Of a DNA stretch of 64,000 nt, positions 16,633-25,751 are shown piece by piece (within the stretch, counting starts at the first letter, position 1; each line of letters begins with the position of its first letter). The notes beneath the pieces were generated by a model. That model was given only the letters and a program-made list of their open reading frames with translations. It ran no database searches and had not been told where the DNA came from. Made by a program: the position numbers and the translations under genes. This stretch comes from Caldilineae bacterium (lineage in GTDB: Bacteria; Chloroflexota; Anaerolineae; JAAEKA01), in NCBI GenBank assembly GCA_020634555.1, contig JACKBK010000001.1, forward strand, positions 67,317-131,316, in the 5' to 3' direction.

Positions 16633-16871
16633 ACCCCGGCAATATGAAGGTTAAGAAAATAATCCGGTAATAGGTTGGCGAGGACCGCCCGACCGTGAAC
16701 GGATCGGGCTACCAAGTGAAAGGCCCTCCGGGCCTGGGCTTCGCAGCCCTGTGAGGGGTTCCACTTTGCTGCTTGCGCTCCGGAGCGGGTAGCCGGGAGG
16801 TTTTGCACAGCATCCCGGCGGGCGTGTCGGGCCTATTACCGATTTAAATTCTTAAGGTTCATATTGCCGGG
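16633..16871. other. About 240-bp structured element bounded by about 45-bp imperfect terminal inverted repeats (candidate MITE or structured ncRNA) in a convergent intergenic region
   Basis: Left end ccccggcaatatgaaggttaagaaaataatccggtaatagg, right end cctattaccgatttaaattcttaaggttcatattgccgggg; AT-rich TIRs flank a GC-rich core with multiple internal hairpins. Confidence 0.5.
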
Positions 16872-16906
16872 GCCTTTGTCATCTGAAAAAACGAACTCAT
16901 CGATCG

Positions 16907-18814
16907 TCAGGGTTGGATGACCGAGATCAGCGTGCCGGTGCTGTCGCCATCAGGGTCGTGGTTGTCGGCAGGCACGTACCCATGGGTGCCGCTTACCAAG
17001 TCGACAACCGTGTAGCTGGCAATAGCTACGTTTTGCTTGAAGCTGGGGCTTGTAATCTGACATTGTCCCAAACCATTGGTGGTGCAACTGCCGGCGAAAC
17101 TGTGTTCGCTCCACAGTCCTTCGACAGCAACGTTGGCGACTGGTTGTTCGTGCTCGCCGTGAACAGTGACCGTCAGCGTTGCCGTCCACGCATTACGGCC
17201 CACCCATTGCGCCGTGGCATCGATGTCACCGACGTGAACCGAGTTCACTTGCTGTTCCAACGTGACGGAGGCGATGTTGGAAAACGCAGAGTCTCCCCAC
17301 TCATTGAAGGCCTGGACCTTGTAGAAATACGTCCCGCTGCCCAGGCCAAAGTCGATGTATCCCGTAACGCTAGCAGGCAATACAGCGAGTGTCGTCCAGT
17401 TGGTCTCGTCTACCGACCGCCACAGATAATGGCCGGTTTCGTCGTCGGCATTGTCAGTCCATGTGAGTTCAACGTCAGGGCTGGGAGGTGTGGCAACTGC
17501 TGCCAGGTCCGATGGCGCCGCGGGAGGCATCGGAATCAGAGCCGCGGCTGCCGCCAGATCGAGTTCACCTCCCGTCACCGTCAGACCTGCCAGATCGGTG
17601 ACAGGTCGTGTGGTAGAAAGCAACGAGCTGCGAAGTTCATCCATTGTCAATGCGGGCCGCATAGCGAGCAGTAGGGCCGCTGCGCCGGAAACGTAGGGCG
17701 CGGCCATTGATGTGCCGCTGCTGGTGCCGTAGTTTTGGTACGGGACAGTGCTGGTGATCGCGACCCCGGGCGCGTGCAGATCGACGCTGGCCGGCCCCCA
17801 ATTGGAAAAGCCTGCCGGCTGGTCAGCACTGTTGGCAGCAGCTACGCTAATGATGTTATCGAGGTTAAACGCCGCAGGGTAGAAGGGCGTCTCGTCGATA
17901 TTCTGTCCCATATTGCCGGCGGCCGCAACAAACAGATGGTCAGATGACCCCGCCCTGCGGATGGCGTTGCGCAGAGCGTTGGACCGCTCACCGTTTCCCC
18001 AACTGTTGTTGGAGATTCGGGCTTGGCGGTTGACGGCATACTCGAGCGCCCTGATAGCGTCCGATATGAAACCGCCGTTCGGCCCCATGAAGCGCAGGAT
18101 CATCAACTGGCAATTCCAGATAACCCCGGTAACGCCAATCGAGTTGTTTCCTTTAGCGCAGATCGTCCCTGAGACATGCGTGCCGTGCGCGCCTCCATCC
18201 ATGGGATTGTTATCGTTTTCGAAGAAATCCCAACCGTGGACATCGTCGATGTAGCCGTTGCCGTCGTCGTCAATGCCGTTGTCGGGTATTTCGCCGGGAT
18301 TGGTCCAGATATTATCGGCCAGGTCAGGGTGGGCGTAGTCGGCACCAGTATCGATGACTGCGACAACGACATCGTTGCTCCCCGTCCCTTGCGCCCAAGC
18401 GTCTGGTGCGTTGATCTTGTCCAGGCCCCACAATTGACCGTACAGCGGGTCATTGACCGGTGGAGGCGGGGCCTCCTGCGTGTTAACGACGTAATCTGGT
18501 TCGGCGTACTCGACAAATGGCGAGTCGGACAGCGTGGAAATAGCCTCCTTAACCGAGCTCTGGCCGCTCAGCCTCACATGCACCAGGTTAGGCACGAGCG
18601 TGTACTCATAATCGACCGCGCCGCCTACTGCATCCAGGAGACGCGACTCGGTTACTTTGTCGGTGTGTGGGCGAAAGCTTACCAGCAAAGCATCCGGGGC
18701 ATATGAGATCACGTTGGTTTGGTTGGCCATGGCTGATAGGGGAGTTGCATTGGCAGCAACTCCTGACAGCAAGGCAAATACTGTGAGAATAGAGGACAGG
18801 ACGTGGGGTTTCAT
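16907..18814 (-). CDS. Secreted subtilisin-like serine protease (peptidase S8) with N-terminal propeptide and C-terminal Fn3/beta-sandwich domains
   Basis: Signal peptide MKPHVLSSILTVFALLSGVAANA; catalytic triad motifs VAVIDTGADYAHPDL, HGTHVSGTI, GTSMAAPYVSGAAALL. Confidence 0.85.
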   Translation of the reverse strand: MKPHVLSSILTVFALLSGVAANATPLSAMANQTNVISYAPDALLVSFRPHTDKVTESRLLDAVGGAVDYEYTLVPNLVHVRLSGQSSVKEAISTLSDSPFVEYAEPDYVVNTQEAPPPPVNDPLYGQLWGLDKINAPDAWAQGTGSNDVVVAVIDTGADYAHPDLADNIWTNPGEIPDNGIDDDGNGYIDDVHGWDFFENDNNPMDGGAHGTHVSGTICAKGNNSIGVTGVIWNCQLMILRFMGPNGGFISDAIRALEYAVNRQARISNNSWGNGERSNALRNAIRRAGSSDHLFVAAAGNMGQNIDETPFYPAAFNLDNIISVAAANSADQPAGFSNWGPASVDLHAPGVAITSTVPYQNYGTSSGTSMAAPYVSGAAALLLAMRPALTMDELRSSLLSTTRPVTDLAGLTVTGGELDLAAAAALIPMPPAAPSDLAAVATPPSPDVELTWTDNADDETGHYLWRSVDETNWTTLAVLPASVTGYIDFGLGSGTYFYKVQAFNEWGDSAFSNIASVTLEQQVNSVHVGDIDATAQWVGRNAWTATLTVTVHGEHEQPVANVAVEGLWSEHSFAGSCTTNGLGQCQITSPSFKQNVAIASYTVVDLVSGTHGYVPADNHDPDGDSTGTLISVIQP

Positions 18815-19087
18815 GGGTGGCACCTTTTTGCAACTTGTTTGATACCAATCGAGGTGGGGTTCCATCTCGATTCAACAACAAACTCTCTGTCATCATATTA
18901 CTCAAGGTGTAAGGACATCTCAATAGGAAATAGGTATTAATTTGATTACAATCATGAGGGGAAATCACGATAGACAGATACCGGTTTCGGCGACTCCCGT
19001 CCCGCAACAACGCTCTCATTCATGGTTGTACCGGCAGCGCTTGTGGGTTTAGAGTGAAAGCAGAGGAAGTAGCTGATTGCAGACTCG

Positions 19088-19116
19088 TTTGCCCTTCGGC
19101 CAACTATGTCATACAA
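19088..19116 (+). promoter_or_regulatory. Sigma70-like promoter (TTGCCC-N17-TACAAT) upstream of the LuxR response regulator
   Basis: ttgcccttcggccaactatgtcatacaat about 50 nt upstream of ATG 19167. Confidence 0.5.
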
Positions 19117-19166
19117 TGGCACGCGATGATGGGACGCATTATGGGTTCTGCAACGGAGAAACAATC

Positions 19167-19817
19167 ATGATCCGAGTATACTTGGTTGATGATCACGCCG
19201 TGCTGCGCGACGGTCTGCGCTTTTTGCTGGAAGCGCAAGAGGACATCACCGTGATCGGTGATACCGGCACAGGCAGAGAAGCGTTGACTGAGGTGCAAAA
19301 ACTCAAGCCGGATGTCGTCATCATGGATGTTGCCATGCCTGACCTGAACGGCATCGAAGCTACCGCTCAGATACTCGACACCAATCAGGAAACCCGCGTG
19401 ATCATCCTGTCGATGCAGGGCACGGCCGAGCACGTCTTTCGTGCGTTGCAGGCTGGCGCACAAGGCTATCTGCTCAAGGAATCTGCCGGCAGGGTTTTGG
19501 TGGACGCGGTGCGTTCCGTGCATTCTGGCGGCCGTTACCTGAGCACCGGCATCACTGAAACGCTGGTGGAGGATTACCTTGTTCAACGGACGACCGCTCC
19601 GGCGCACAGCCCGCTGGAACGTCTCAGCCGGCGTGAACGCGAGGTGTTGCAGCTTGTTGTTGAAGGCCGTTCAAGCGCCGAAATCGGCGAGATGCTGGCC
19701 TTGTCGCCTAAGACCATCGATACATACCGCAGCCGGCTGATGCAGAAGCTGGAGATCGGCGATGTGCCCTCTCTGGTCAAGTTCGCAATCCAGCACGGAA
19801 TCATCTCCCTGGAGTAG
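19167..19817 (+). CDS. NarL/FixJ-family response regulator (REC + LuxR-type HTH)
   Basis: MIRVYLVDDHAVLRDGL ... PDVVIMDVAMPDLNG (phospho-acceptor Asp context) ... LSRREREVLQLVVEGRSSAEIGEMLALSPKTIDTYRSRLMQKL (LuxR HTH). Confidence 0.85.
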   Translation: MIRVYLVDDHAVLRDGLRFLLEAQEDITVIGDTGTGREALTEVQKLKPDVVIMDVAMPDLNGIEATAQILDTNQETRVIILSMQGTAEHVFRALQAGAQGYLLKESAGRVLVDAVRSVHSGGRYLSTGITETLVEDYLVQRTTAPAHSPLERLSRREREVLQLVVEGRSSAEIGEMLALSPKTIDTYRSRLMQKLEIGDVPSLVKFAIQHGIISLE

Positions 19818-20028
19818 GCTGGAACCTCCCGATTGACGCCCACCGCGCGCGCCCGGCTCGTGCCGCAGAGGCTGCCAGATGCTCGTCCTCTTAATCTCCT
19901 GACCGAAACTGTCAAGGCTACCTGACTGACGGGGAAAACCACAACTGATAGAATGGGGGTGTTGACATGTGTCGCTGACATGAAGCGACGGCTTGTTCCG
20001 TTGATGGCACATGGTCCAAGAGTCTTCG

Positions 20029-20679
20029 ATGATCAATGTACTGCTTGCCAACGGCAACGGCCTTCAAGGAAACGGTCTGGTCACCAGATTGAACGCTGAA
20101 CCCGATATTCGGGTGATCGGCGAGATCGGGCTGGATCGGCGCGGAATTGAGGAGTTCACGCAGTCGAGTCCCGACGTTGTAGTGATTCGTTCTGTTGGTT
20201 CCGTGGTCAGCGGCATCGAATCGACGTTACGCCTGCGCACGATTCTGCCCAGCATCAAGGTGGTCATCACGTCGCCCATCACCAGTCCCGGGCATCTGAT
20301 GCTTGCGCTGGAAGCTGGTGTCCAGGGCTACGTCGCTGGCAATGCAGGCCAACAGGCACTCATCGGCGCGATCCGGGCGGTAGCTGCTGGCGCCAACTAT
20401 CTGAGCAAGGATGCCGCTGACATGCTGGTGGCTGACTATTTCCATCGACAGCGGAATCTCCAGATGAAGGATCCGTTTAAGCGTTTGAGCAAACGCGAGT
20501 GGGAAGTGCTGAAGATGTTGGTGGAGGGCGAATCGGCATCAAATATCGCTGAAATACTGGCACTGTCCCCCAAGACAGTAGATACCTATCGCCGGCGGTT
20601 GATGCGCAAGTTAGGTGTAACCAACGTTCCGGCGCTGGTCAAGCTGGCGCTGCAACACGGGTTGACATCAGTGACATAG
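20029..20679 (+). CDS. Atypical LuxR-family regulator with degenerate (pseudo-)receiver domain
   Basis: C-terminal LuxR HTH (LSKREWEVLKMLVEGESASNIAEILALSPKTVDTYRRRLMRKL) is intact, but the acidic pocket DD is NG (INVLLANGNGLQ) and the phospho-acceptor position is R/S (PDVVVIRSVGS). Confidence 0.7.
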   Translation: MINVLLANGNGLQGNGLVTRLNAEPDIRVIGEIGLDRRGIEEFTQSSPDVVVIRSVGSVVSGIESTLRLRTILPSIKVVITSPITSPGHLMLALEAGVQGYVAGNAGQQALIGAIRAVAAGANYLSKDAADMLVADYFHRQRNLQMKDPFKRLSKREWEVLKMLVEGESASNIAEILALSPKTVDTYRRRLMRKLGVTNVPALVKLALQHGLTSVT

Positions 20680-20770
20680 GTCTTAGCTTACAGTCGTGCG
20701 GTCTTGTCTCAGAAGAGACTGGCCACTCTATTGGTTAATCACTGTTCAAGAAAACCTAAGGAGAAACAGT

Positions 20771-22159
20771 ATGTTCAAAAGTTCACTCAGCCCACTTTCC
20801 CTGGCAAGGGTAGTGATGGCGATCATGTTGGTTATGGCCATCTTTGCAACTGCCGCCTACGCTGAACCTGCGGCTCCAACATCCGGAGAAGCCTCTGTCC
20901 CGGAGCAATGTGCCAATGGTGGCAACGGTGAAAGCCCCTATTGTATTGGATCGAGCCCTATCGGCTGGATCAATGCCAACGTGAATAGCGGCAAGGGCAA
21001 CTACGCCGAGGATCAATTCGTTCCGGCTCGACTTTTCATAGACGGACTTGTCAGCGGCTACCGCTACTGCTTTGGCTTTGGCTATGATATCTCGCAGGAT
21101 AATCCTGGCCGGCCAGCTGTCGATTACGTTGGTCAGTATAATTTTACGCTCCCCAATGCAAATCCCGCAGCCTACACCGTCCATGATCCTTCTCCCGTCG
21201 CAGGTGTCGTGCCCGCGCCGGACTCGTCCTGGCCAATACCGGTTGACCCGGGTCTGAGCACACAGCGCGTAGGTACCATAGACGGCAATTCTTTCACCGG
21301 ACCAGACCCTGTACCCGGTAACTTGTACATGTGGGGAGGCACAATCACGTCGGTGGGATTCGACGACGGCGAGCCGTATTCCAACCCCAACTCGTTGAGT
21401 GGCGCTACCGGTATTCCTTATGACTCTGGCGCTGTCGGCGAGCAACAATCCACCGAATTCTGCTTCACAGCCAGCAGCACTGAGGCGGTACTGGCTGTGG
21501 GCTTACACCTATCAAAGCTGTCGTATTGGAATGCGCCGGCGTATCCGTCGGGTTCGCCGTTCCATATCTCCAACGGCACGCGCGGTGGCAAGTATTCTCA
21601 CGGGAGAACCAGCGAGACCGATTTATACTGCCTCGACTGTGACGGTGGCGCAGGGACACATGTGAACATTGGGCGCAAGGAAGCACAGTTGTCGGTGGAT
21701 GCAGTCACTGTTCCAGCCGCCGTCACCCTGGCTGACTTCTCGGCCACATGCAGCGGATCAACTCCGGTGATCACCTGGGAAACGGTCAGCGAGCTGACCA
21801 ACCAGGGCTTCAACCTCTACCGCGGCGTGGATTCGGCCAACCCGGACACACAGCTCAACTCGACGCTGATCCCGTCACAGGGACCAGGTAGTGCCCAGGG
21901 TTTCATGTACACCTGGACTGACACCACCGCCCAGCCGGAGACCGAATACTTCTACTGGCTGGAGGACGTGGACTTCAACGGCGGTACCAACATGCATGGG
22001 CCGATCTCGGTCATGTGCTCGGCGCCGACCGCAGTCACCTTGAGTGATCTGAATGCGGACAGCCCGACAGTATCTACGCTCAGCGGTTGGATGATTGCGC
22101 TGGCGCTTGCTGCTCTGCTGGTGGGCCTCATTGCTGTGCGACGAATGCGAACGAACTAG
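20771..22159 (+). CDS. Secreted protein A: signal peptide, Cys-containing N-terminal region, conserved C-terminal beta-domain, TM helix, RRMRTN tail
   Basis: AAGGAG SD; MFKSSLSPLSLARVVMAIMLVMAIFATAAYA signal; C-terminus ...APTAVTLSDLNADSPTVSTLSGWMIALALAALLVGLIAVRRMRTN; paralog of 22602-23882. Confidence 0.6.
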   Translation: MFKSSLSPLSLARVVMAIMLVMAIFATAAYAEPAAPTSGEASVPEQCANGGNGESPYCIGSSPIGWINANVNSGKGNYAEDQFVPARLFIDGLVSGYRYCFGFGYDISQDNPGRPAVDYVGQYNFTLPNANPAAYTVHDPSPVAGVVPAPDSSWPIPVDPGLSTQRVGTIDGNSFTGPDPVPGNLYMWGGTITSVGFDDGEPYSNPNSLSGATGIPYDSGAVGEQQSTEFCFTASSTEAVLAVGLHLSKLSYWNAPAYPSGSPFHISNGTRGGKYSHGRTSETDLYCLDCDGGAGTHVNIGRKEAQLSVDAVTVPAAVTLADFSATCSGSTPVITWETVSELTNQGFNLYRGVDSANPDTQLNSTLIPSQGPGSAQGFMYTWTDTTAQPETEYFYWLEDVDFNGGTNMHGPISVMCSAPTAVTLSDLNADSPTVSTLSGWMIALALAALLVGLIAVRRMRTN

Positions 22160-22232
22160 CAGGTCGCACTCGTCACAATGTGCAAAGCGGTAAGTTGTTC
22201 CTGAACCGCTTTCACTACGGTTTGTTCCTCCC

Positions 22233-22268
22233 AATCGCCGGATCCGACGGATCCGGCGATTGTTTTAT
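22233..22268 (+). terminator. Rho-independent terminator after protein A
   Basis: atcgccggatcc-gac-ggatccggcgat followed by TGTTTTAT. Confidence 0.7.
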
Positions 22269-22601
22269 CGGCGGCGAGTGATAAAAAATGGCATTATAGA
22301 TGCTGCAATATTTGACTTATAGAAGTACGTAACTCTTGACAGATGGAGTCCAGTTTTCCCGGCAGACAAGGGGAAGTAGGGAGGTTATACTTGATACAGA
22401 AAGTACATAGTTCCGAATCTGGGTTGGGTAGGCTTTCTACGCGGTCTCTGGTAGCAGGGCCGTCAACATGATTTCTCTGCACCGGGGGTTCTGGATTTGA
22501 GCCATACCGCCCTGACTATTCGGCACTTACTGTCGGTTGGATCATTTTAGAGCGGAGGTTGCCCATATAGTTCGTGCCTGAAACACGAGAAGGAGGGTTC
22601 C

Positions 22602-23882
22602 ATGTCCATGAAGAGACTGGGTTCACGGCGAGCCGCAAGGCTGGCAACCATATTGGCCTCGACTTTGATACTCGTACTTGCACTTGCCGGTGTCGCAATC
22701 GCCTTGACGGCCGGCAATGTCGATGGTGTCTGGGGCGATCCCCCAGGTACCAATCCCCAGGAGTTCCGCTGGTGCTATGCACCCGACATCACCGACGGTC
22801 CAGCAGGCGACCCGACAAGCTGCAGCACATCCAGCGCGGGTATTCAAAACGAACCAACCAGCACACTCACCGATGAAAACCAGGTTCGCTACGGAGACCC
22901 GGCGGTTGGTTTCGGCAGCGCAAACCGCAGCGGATTTGGCTTCAATGGCAACAACGATGTTGGCTCGATTCCCGCTGATACGCCGTTCTTTCTGGGGCGC
23001 TTCACTCACTACAACCGGCCTATTTACGCATCTCCTATCCTGACAGACATCAGCCTGGATGTGACCGTGTCAGGACTTTTATGCGACGACGACAGCGTGC
23101 CGACAGAAGGCTCTACCCAGACTTTCACCTACGACATCACGCTGGACGAAACCAACAACAATCCCAACAACTGGCCGAACAACACCTGTCCCTACGGTAT
23201 GACCGTGCCGTATAACAACCCCTATGGCGGCTGTGATGACCGGGTAACCATCAGCCAGGTACCAGACACAGAGTTCACCTGTCCCGAGGGTGTGCGCACG
23301 GTGCAAATTCTCGGCTTTATCCCCGGCGACGACTGCGAGCTTGCCTATACTCCTCCGACCTCTTCCGCCTTTGTGACTGCCGAAAGCTCGCAGAACGAAG
23401 CTTGCCTCTGGGCACGCATCTCCGATCCCACGAACCCGCTGGCGATCACGCTAGCCTCCTTCGAAGCCACCGGTCTGGCTGACCGGATTGTGGTTTCCTG
23501 GGAGACGGTCAGTGAGTTGCAGAATGCAGGCTTCAACTTGTATCGCAGCCAGAACTCCTACGAAGTAGGGGAACGTATCAACACAGAGTTGATTCCTTCG
23601 CAGGCGCCCGGCAGCGCACAGGGAGCCGCTTACCTGGTTGAGGATCTCGATGTAACTCCCGGTCAGACCTATTGGTACACCCTGGAAGACGTCGAGTTCA
23701 GCGGTTCGACGGCATTGCATGGCCCCGTCTCGGCGAAGGTATTGGCGCCGACGGCGGTCACGCTCAATGACCTCAGCGCGGATAGCCCGGCCACCTCCGC
23801 GATCAGCGGTTGGATGGTTTTGCTGGCTGTGGGTGTAATGCTGGCCGGCTTTGTTGCCTTCCGGCGGATGCGCACCAACTGA
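22602..23882 (+). CDS. Secreted protein B (paralog of A): signal peptide, FTHYN-containing N-terminal region, same C-terminal domain + TM + RRMRTN tail
   Basis: GAAGGAGGG SD; MSMKRLGSRRAARLATILASTLILVLALAGVAIA signal; C-terminus ...APTAVTLNDLSADSPATSAISGWMVLLAVGVMLAGFVAFRRMRTN. Confidence 0.6.
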   Translation: MSMKRLGSRRAARLATILASTLILVLALAGVAIALTAGNVDGVWGDPPGTNPQEFRWCYAPDITDGPAGDPTSCSTSSAGIQNEPTSTLTDENQVRYGDPAVGFGSANRSGFGFNGNNDVGSIPADTPFFLGRFTHYNRPIYASPILTDISLDVTVSGLLCDDDSVPTEGSTQTFTYDITLDETNNNPNNWPNNTCPYGMTVPYNNPYGGCDDRVTISQVPDTEFTCPEGVRTVQILGFIPGDDCELAYTPPTSSAFVTAESSQNEACLWARISDPTNPLAITLASFEATGLADRIVVSWETVSELQNAGFNLYRSQNSYEVGERINTELIPSQAPGSAQGAAYLVEDLDVTPGQTYWYTLEDVEFSGSTALHGPVSAKVLAPTAVTLNDLSADSPATSAISGWMVLLAVGVMLAGFVAFRRMRTN

Positions 23883-23911
23883 CCCTCGGACCAACAAACA
23901 GACCAATCGAG

Positions 23912-23946
23912 CGCCGGACTCTGCGGAGTCCGGCGTTTCTTGTTTC
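23912..23946 (+). terminator. Rho-independent terminator after protein B
   Basis: cgccggactc-tgcg-gagtccggcg followed by TTTCTTGTTTCC. Confidence 0.7.
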
Positions 23947-23973
23947 CCCTTTTGGTAATTTTCGCAACTAAAT

Positions 23974-24002
23974 TTGACAAAACTATTGTGCATGTATATA
24001 CT
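23974..24002 (+). promoter_or_regulatory. Sigma70 promoter of the suf operon (TTGACA-N17-TATACT)
   Basis: Exact TTGACA at 23974-23979 and TATACT at 23997-24002; implies a TSS near 24009 and supports sufR start at ATG 24049. Confidence 0.65.
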
Positions 24003-24048
24003 AAGTGGCGTTGGTCTGAACGACGATTTACTGAAAGAGCAATCGGCA

Positions 24049-24732
24049 ATGGCGACTCTGGGCATTCAAAACAATTCGACCCCCGCGGGACAGATTCTCG
24101 AATATCTCCTACGCAACACAACCGCCAGCATCAAAGATCTGGAAGACGCGCTGGGTGTGACCGCGACTGCGGTGCGCCAGCAGTTGGCCAGCCTGTTGGC
24201 TGAGGGGTTGATCATAATGACCAGAGAACGCCGGGGAGTCGGCCGGCCGCGCAACGTCTATACACTCACTAACCGGTCGCAGAGCCTGTTCGCCTGCTAC
24301 TCTGACGAGCTGGCGCTGGATCTGATCCACGAGTTGCTGGAGACCGAGGGCACGGCCAAGCTGCGCTACCTGCTCAGCCGCGTCGGCGACAAGTTGGCCG
24401 GGCAATACAGCCGCCAGATCAAAAGTGAGGCGGTGGGCGACCGGATCATCGAGTTGTCAGTTCTGCTGGACCGACGCGGCATCCGCGCCGATGTCGAGAA
24501 CGCCGACGGGGTTATCATCCTGCACGAATACAACTGCCCGTACCACGACCTTTCCTCCGTCCACCGCGATGTATGTGAGATGGAGCGCGAGACCTTTTCC
24601 CAGGTCCTGGGAGCGGACGTGACGCTGGGCAACTGCATCCACGACGGCCACAACAGTTGCCAGTTTGTGGTTGGGACAACTTCCGCCACTGGCGACGTTC
24701 GTCGCACAGCCAGCTACCAACTTACCAAGTAA
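24049..24732 (+). CDS. sufR: SufR-like winged-helix transcriptional regulator with C-terminal Cys-rich (Fe-S sensing) region
   Basis: N-terminal wHTH (IKDLEDALGVTATAVRQQLASLLAEGLII); C-terminal YNCPYHDL ... DVCEMERE ... GNCIHDGHNSCQF cysteine cluster; position immediately upstream of sufCBD. Confidence 0.6.
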   Translation: MATLGIQNNSTPAGQILEYLLRNTTASIKDLEDALGVTATAVRQQLASLLAEGLIIMTRERRGVGRPRNVYTLTNRSQSLFACYSDELALDLIHELLETEGTAKLRYLLSRVGDKLAGQYSRQIKSEAVGDRIIELSVLLDRRGIRADVENADGVIILHEYNCPYHDLSSVHRDVCEMERETFSQVLGADVTLGNCIHDGHNSCQFVVGTTSATGDVRRTASYQLTK

Positions 24733-24780
24733 CCAAGCTACCGAGCTACCAGAAAAAACATCTCAAGGAGAACTATTTTT

Positions 24781-25608
24781 ATGACCAGCGAGCTAGTCAT
24801 TCAGAACCTTCACGTCACCGTCAACGATGGTGAGAAGGAAGTGTTGAAGGGCGTCAATCTCACCATCCGCCAGGACGAGATCCACGCCTTGATGGGCCCC
24901 AACGGCTCTGGCAAGAGCACATTGGCCTATGCAATCATGGGCCACCCGCACTACACCGTTACCGAGGGCGATATTTTGCTGGACGGCGAGAGCGTCCTGG
25001 AGATGGAACCCAACGAGCGGGCGCGCAAGGGGCTGTTCCTGGCGTTCCAGTACCCGGTTGCCGTGCCAGGCGTCAGCATGGCTAACTTTCTGCGAACGGC
25101 AGTCAGCAACGTGCGCGGCTACACTGACCAGCAGCCGACATCCGAGGATGGACGGCCGGGCGTCATCGGCTCCAACCTGATGCCGATGCGCGATTTTCGC
25201 CGCGAGCTGCTGGACAAGATGGACGAGTACCACGTAGACCGCGACTTTGCCAAGCGCTACCTGAACGAAGGGTTCAGCGGCGGCGAGAAGAAGCGGGTCG
25301 AGATCTTGCAGATGGCCATGCTTCAGCCCAAGATCGCCATCATGGATGAGACGGACAGCGGGTTGGACATCGACGCGCTCCGTGTTGTCTCGGACGGTGT
25401 CAACAAGCTGGCCGGGACCGGCTTGGGTATCCTGCTTATCACCCACTACCAGCGCATTCTGGAGTACGTGAAGCCAGACTATGTCCACGTCTTCTACAAC
25501 GGCCGCATCGTGAGGAGCGGCGGCGCCGAGGTGGCGCATGAGCTGGAAGCGCGGGGCTACCAGTCGGTGCGCGAGGAGTTCGGCGAGCCGGAACTGGTTA
25601 CGGCATAA
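24781..25608 (+). CDS. sufC: Fe-S cluster assembly ATPase SufC
   Basis: LVIQNLHVTVNDGEKEVLKGVNLTIRQDEIHALMGPNGSGKSTL...; SufC-specific layout with an ABC signature and no transmembrane partner. Confidence 0.9.
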   Translation: MTSELVIQNLHVTVNDGEKEVLKGVNLTIRQDEIHALMGPNGSGKSTLAYAIMGHPHYTVTEGDILLDGESVLEMEPNERARKGLFLAFQYPVAVPGVSMANFLRTAVSNVRGYTDQQPTSEDGRPGVIGSNLMPMRDFRRELLDKMDEYHVDRDFAKRYLNEGFSGGEKKRVEILQMAMLQPKIAIMDETDSGLDIDALRVVSDGVNKLAGTGLGILLITHYQRILEYVKPDYVHVFYNGRIVRSGGAEVAHELEARGYQSVREEFGEPELVTA

Positions 25609-25751
25609 ATACTGTTTGGTATGTAGTAAGGTGGTAGATTGGCAAGTTTGTAAATTGGTCAATCGCCGATTATCAGGAAGACTTGCTTCACCTGAAATCT
25701 CACCAGTCTACCAATTCACCAAGCCACCAATCTACCCATTTGGAGGACCCA

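Noticed and set aside
16633-16871. RNase P RNA, tmRNA, SRP RNA or 6S RNA as identities for the structured intergenic element
   Set aside because: None of the conserved strings I know for these RNAs (GGAAAGUCCGGGCUCC, tRNA-like acceptor/T-arm with UCCACCA, SRP domain IV GGAA...AGCAG) are present on either strand.
20771-23882. Assignment of the paralogous secreted proteins to PEP-CTERM/exosortase or LPXTG/sortase systems
   Set aside because: The tails have the right architecture but lack PEP, LPXTG, PGF or GlyGly motifs, and no exosortase, sortase or rhombosortase gene is in the window. They are kept as a candidate novel or unclassified anchor instead.
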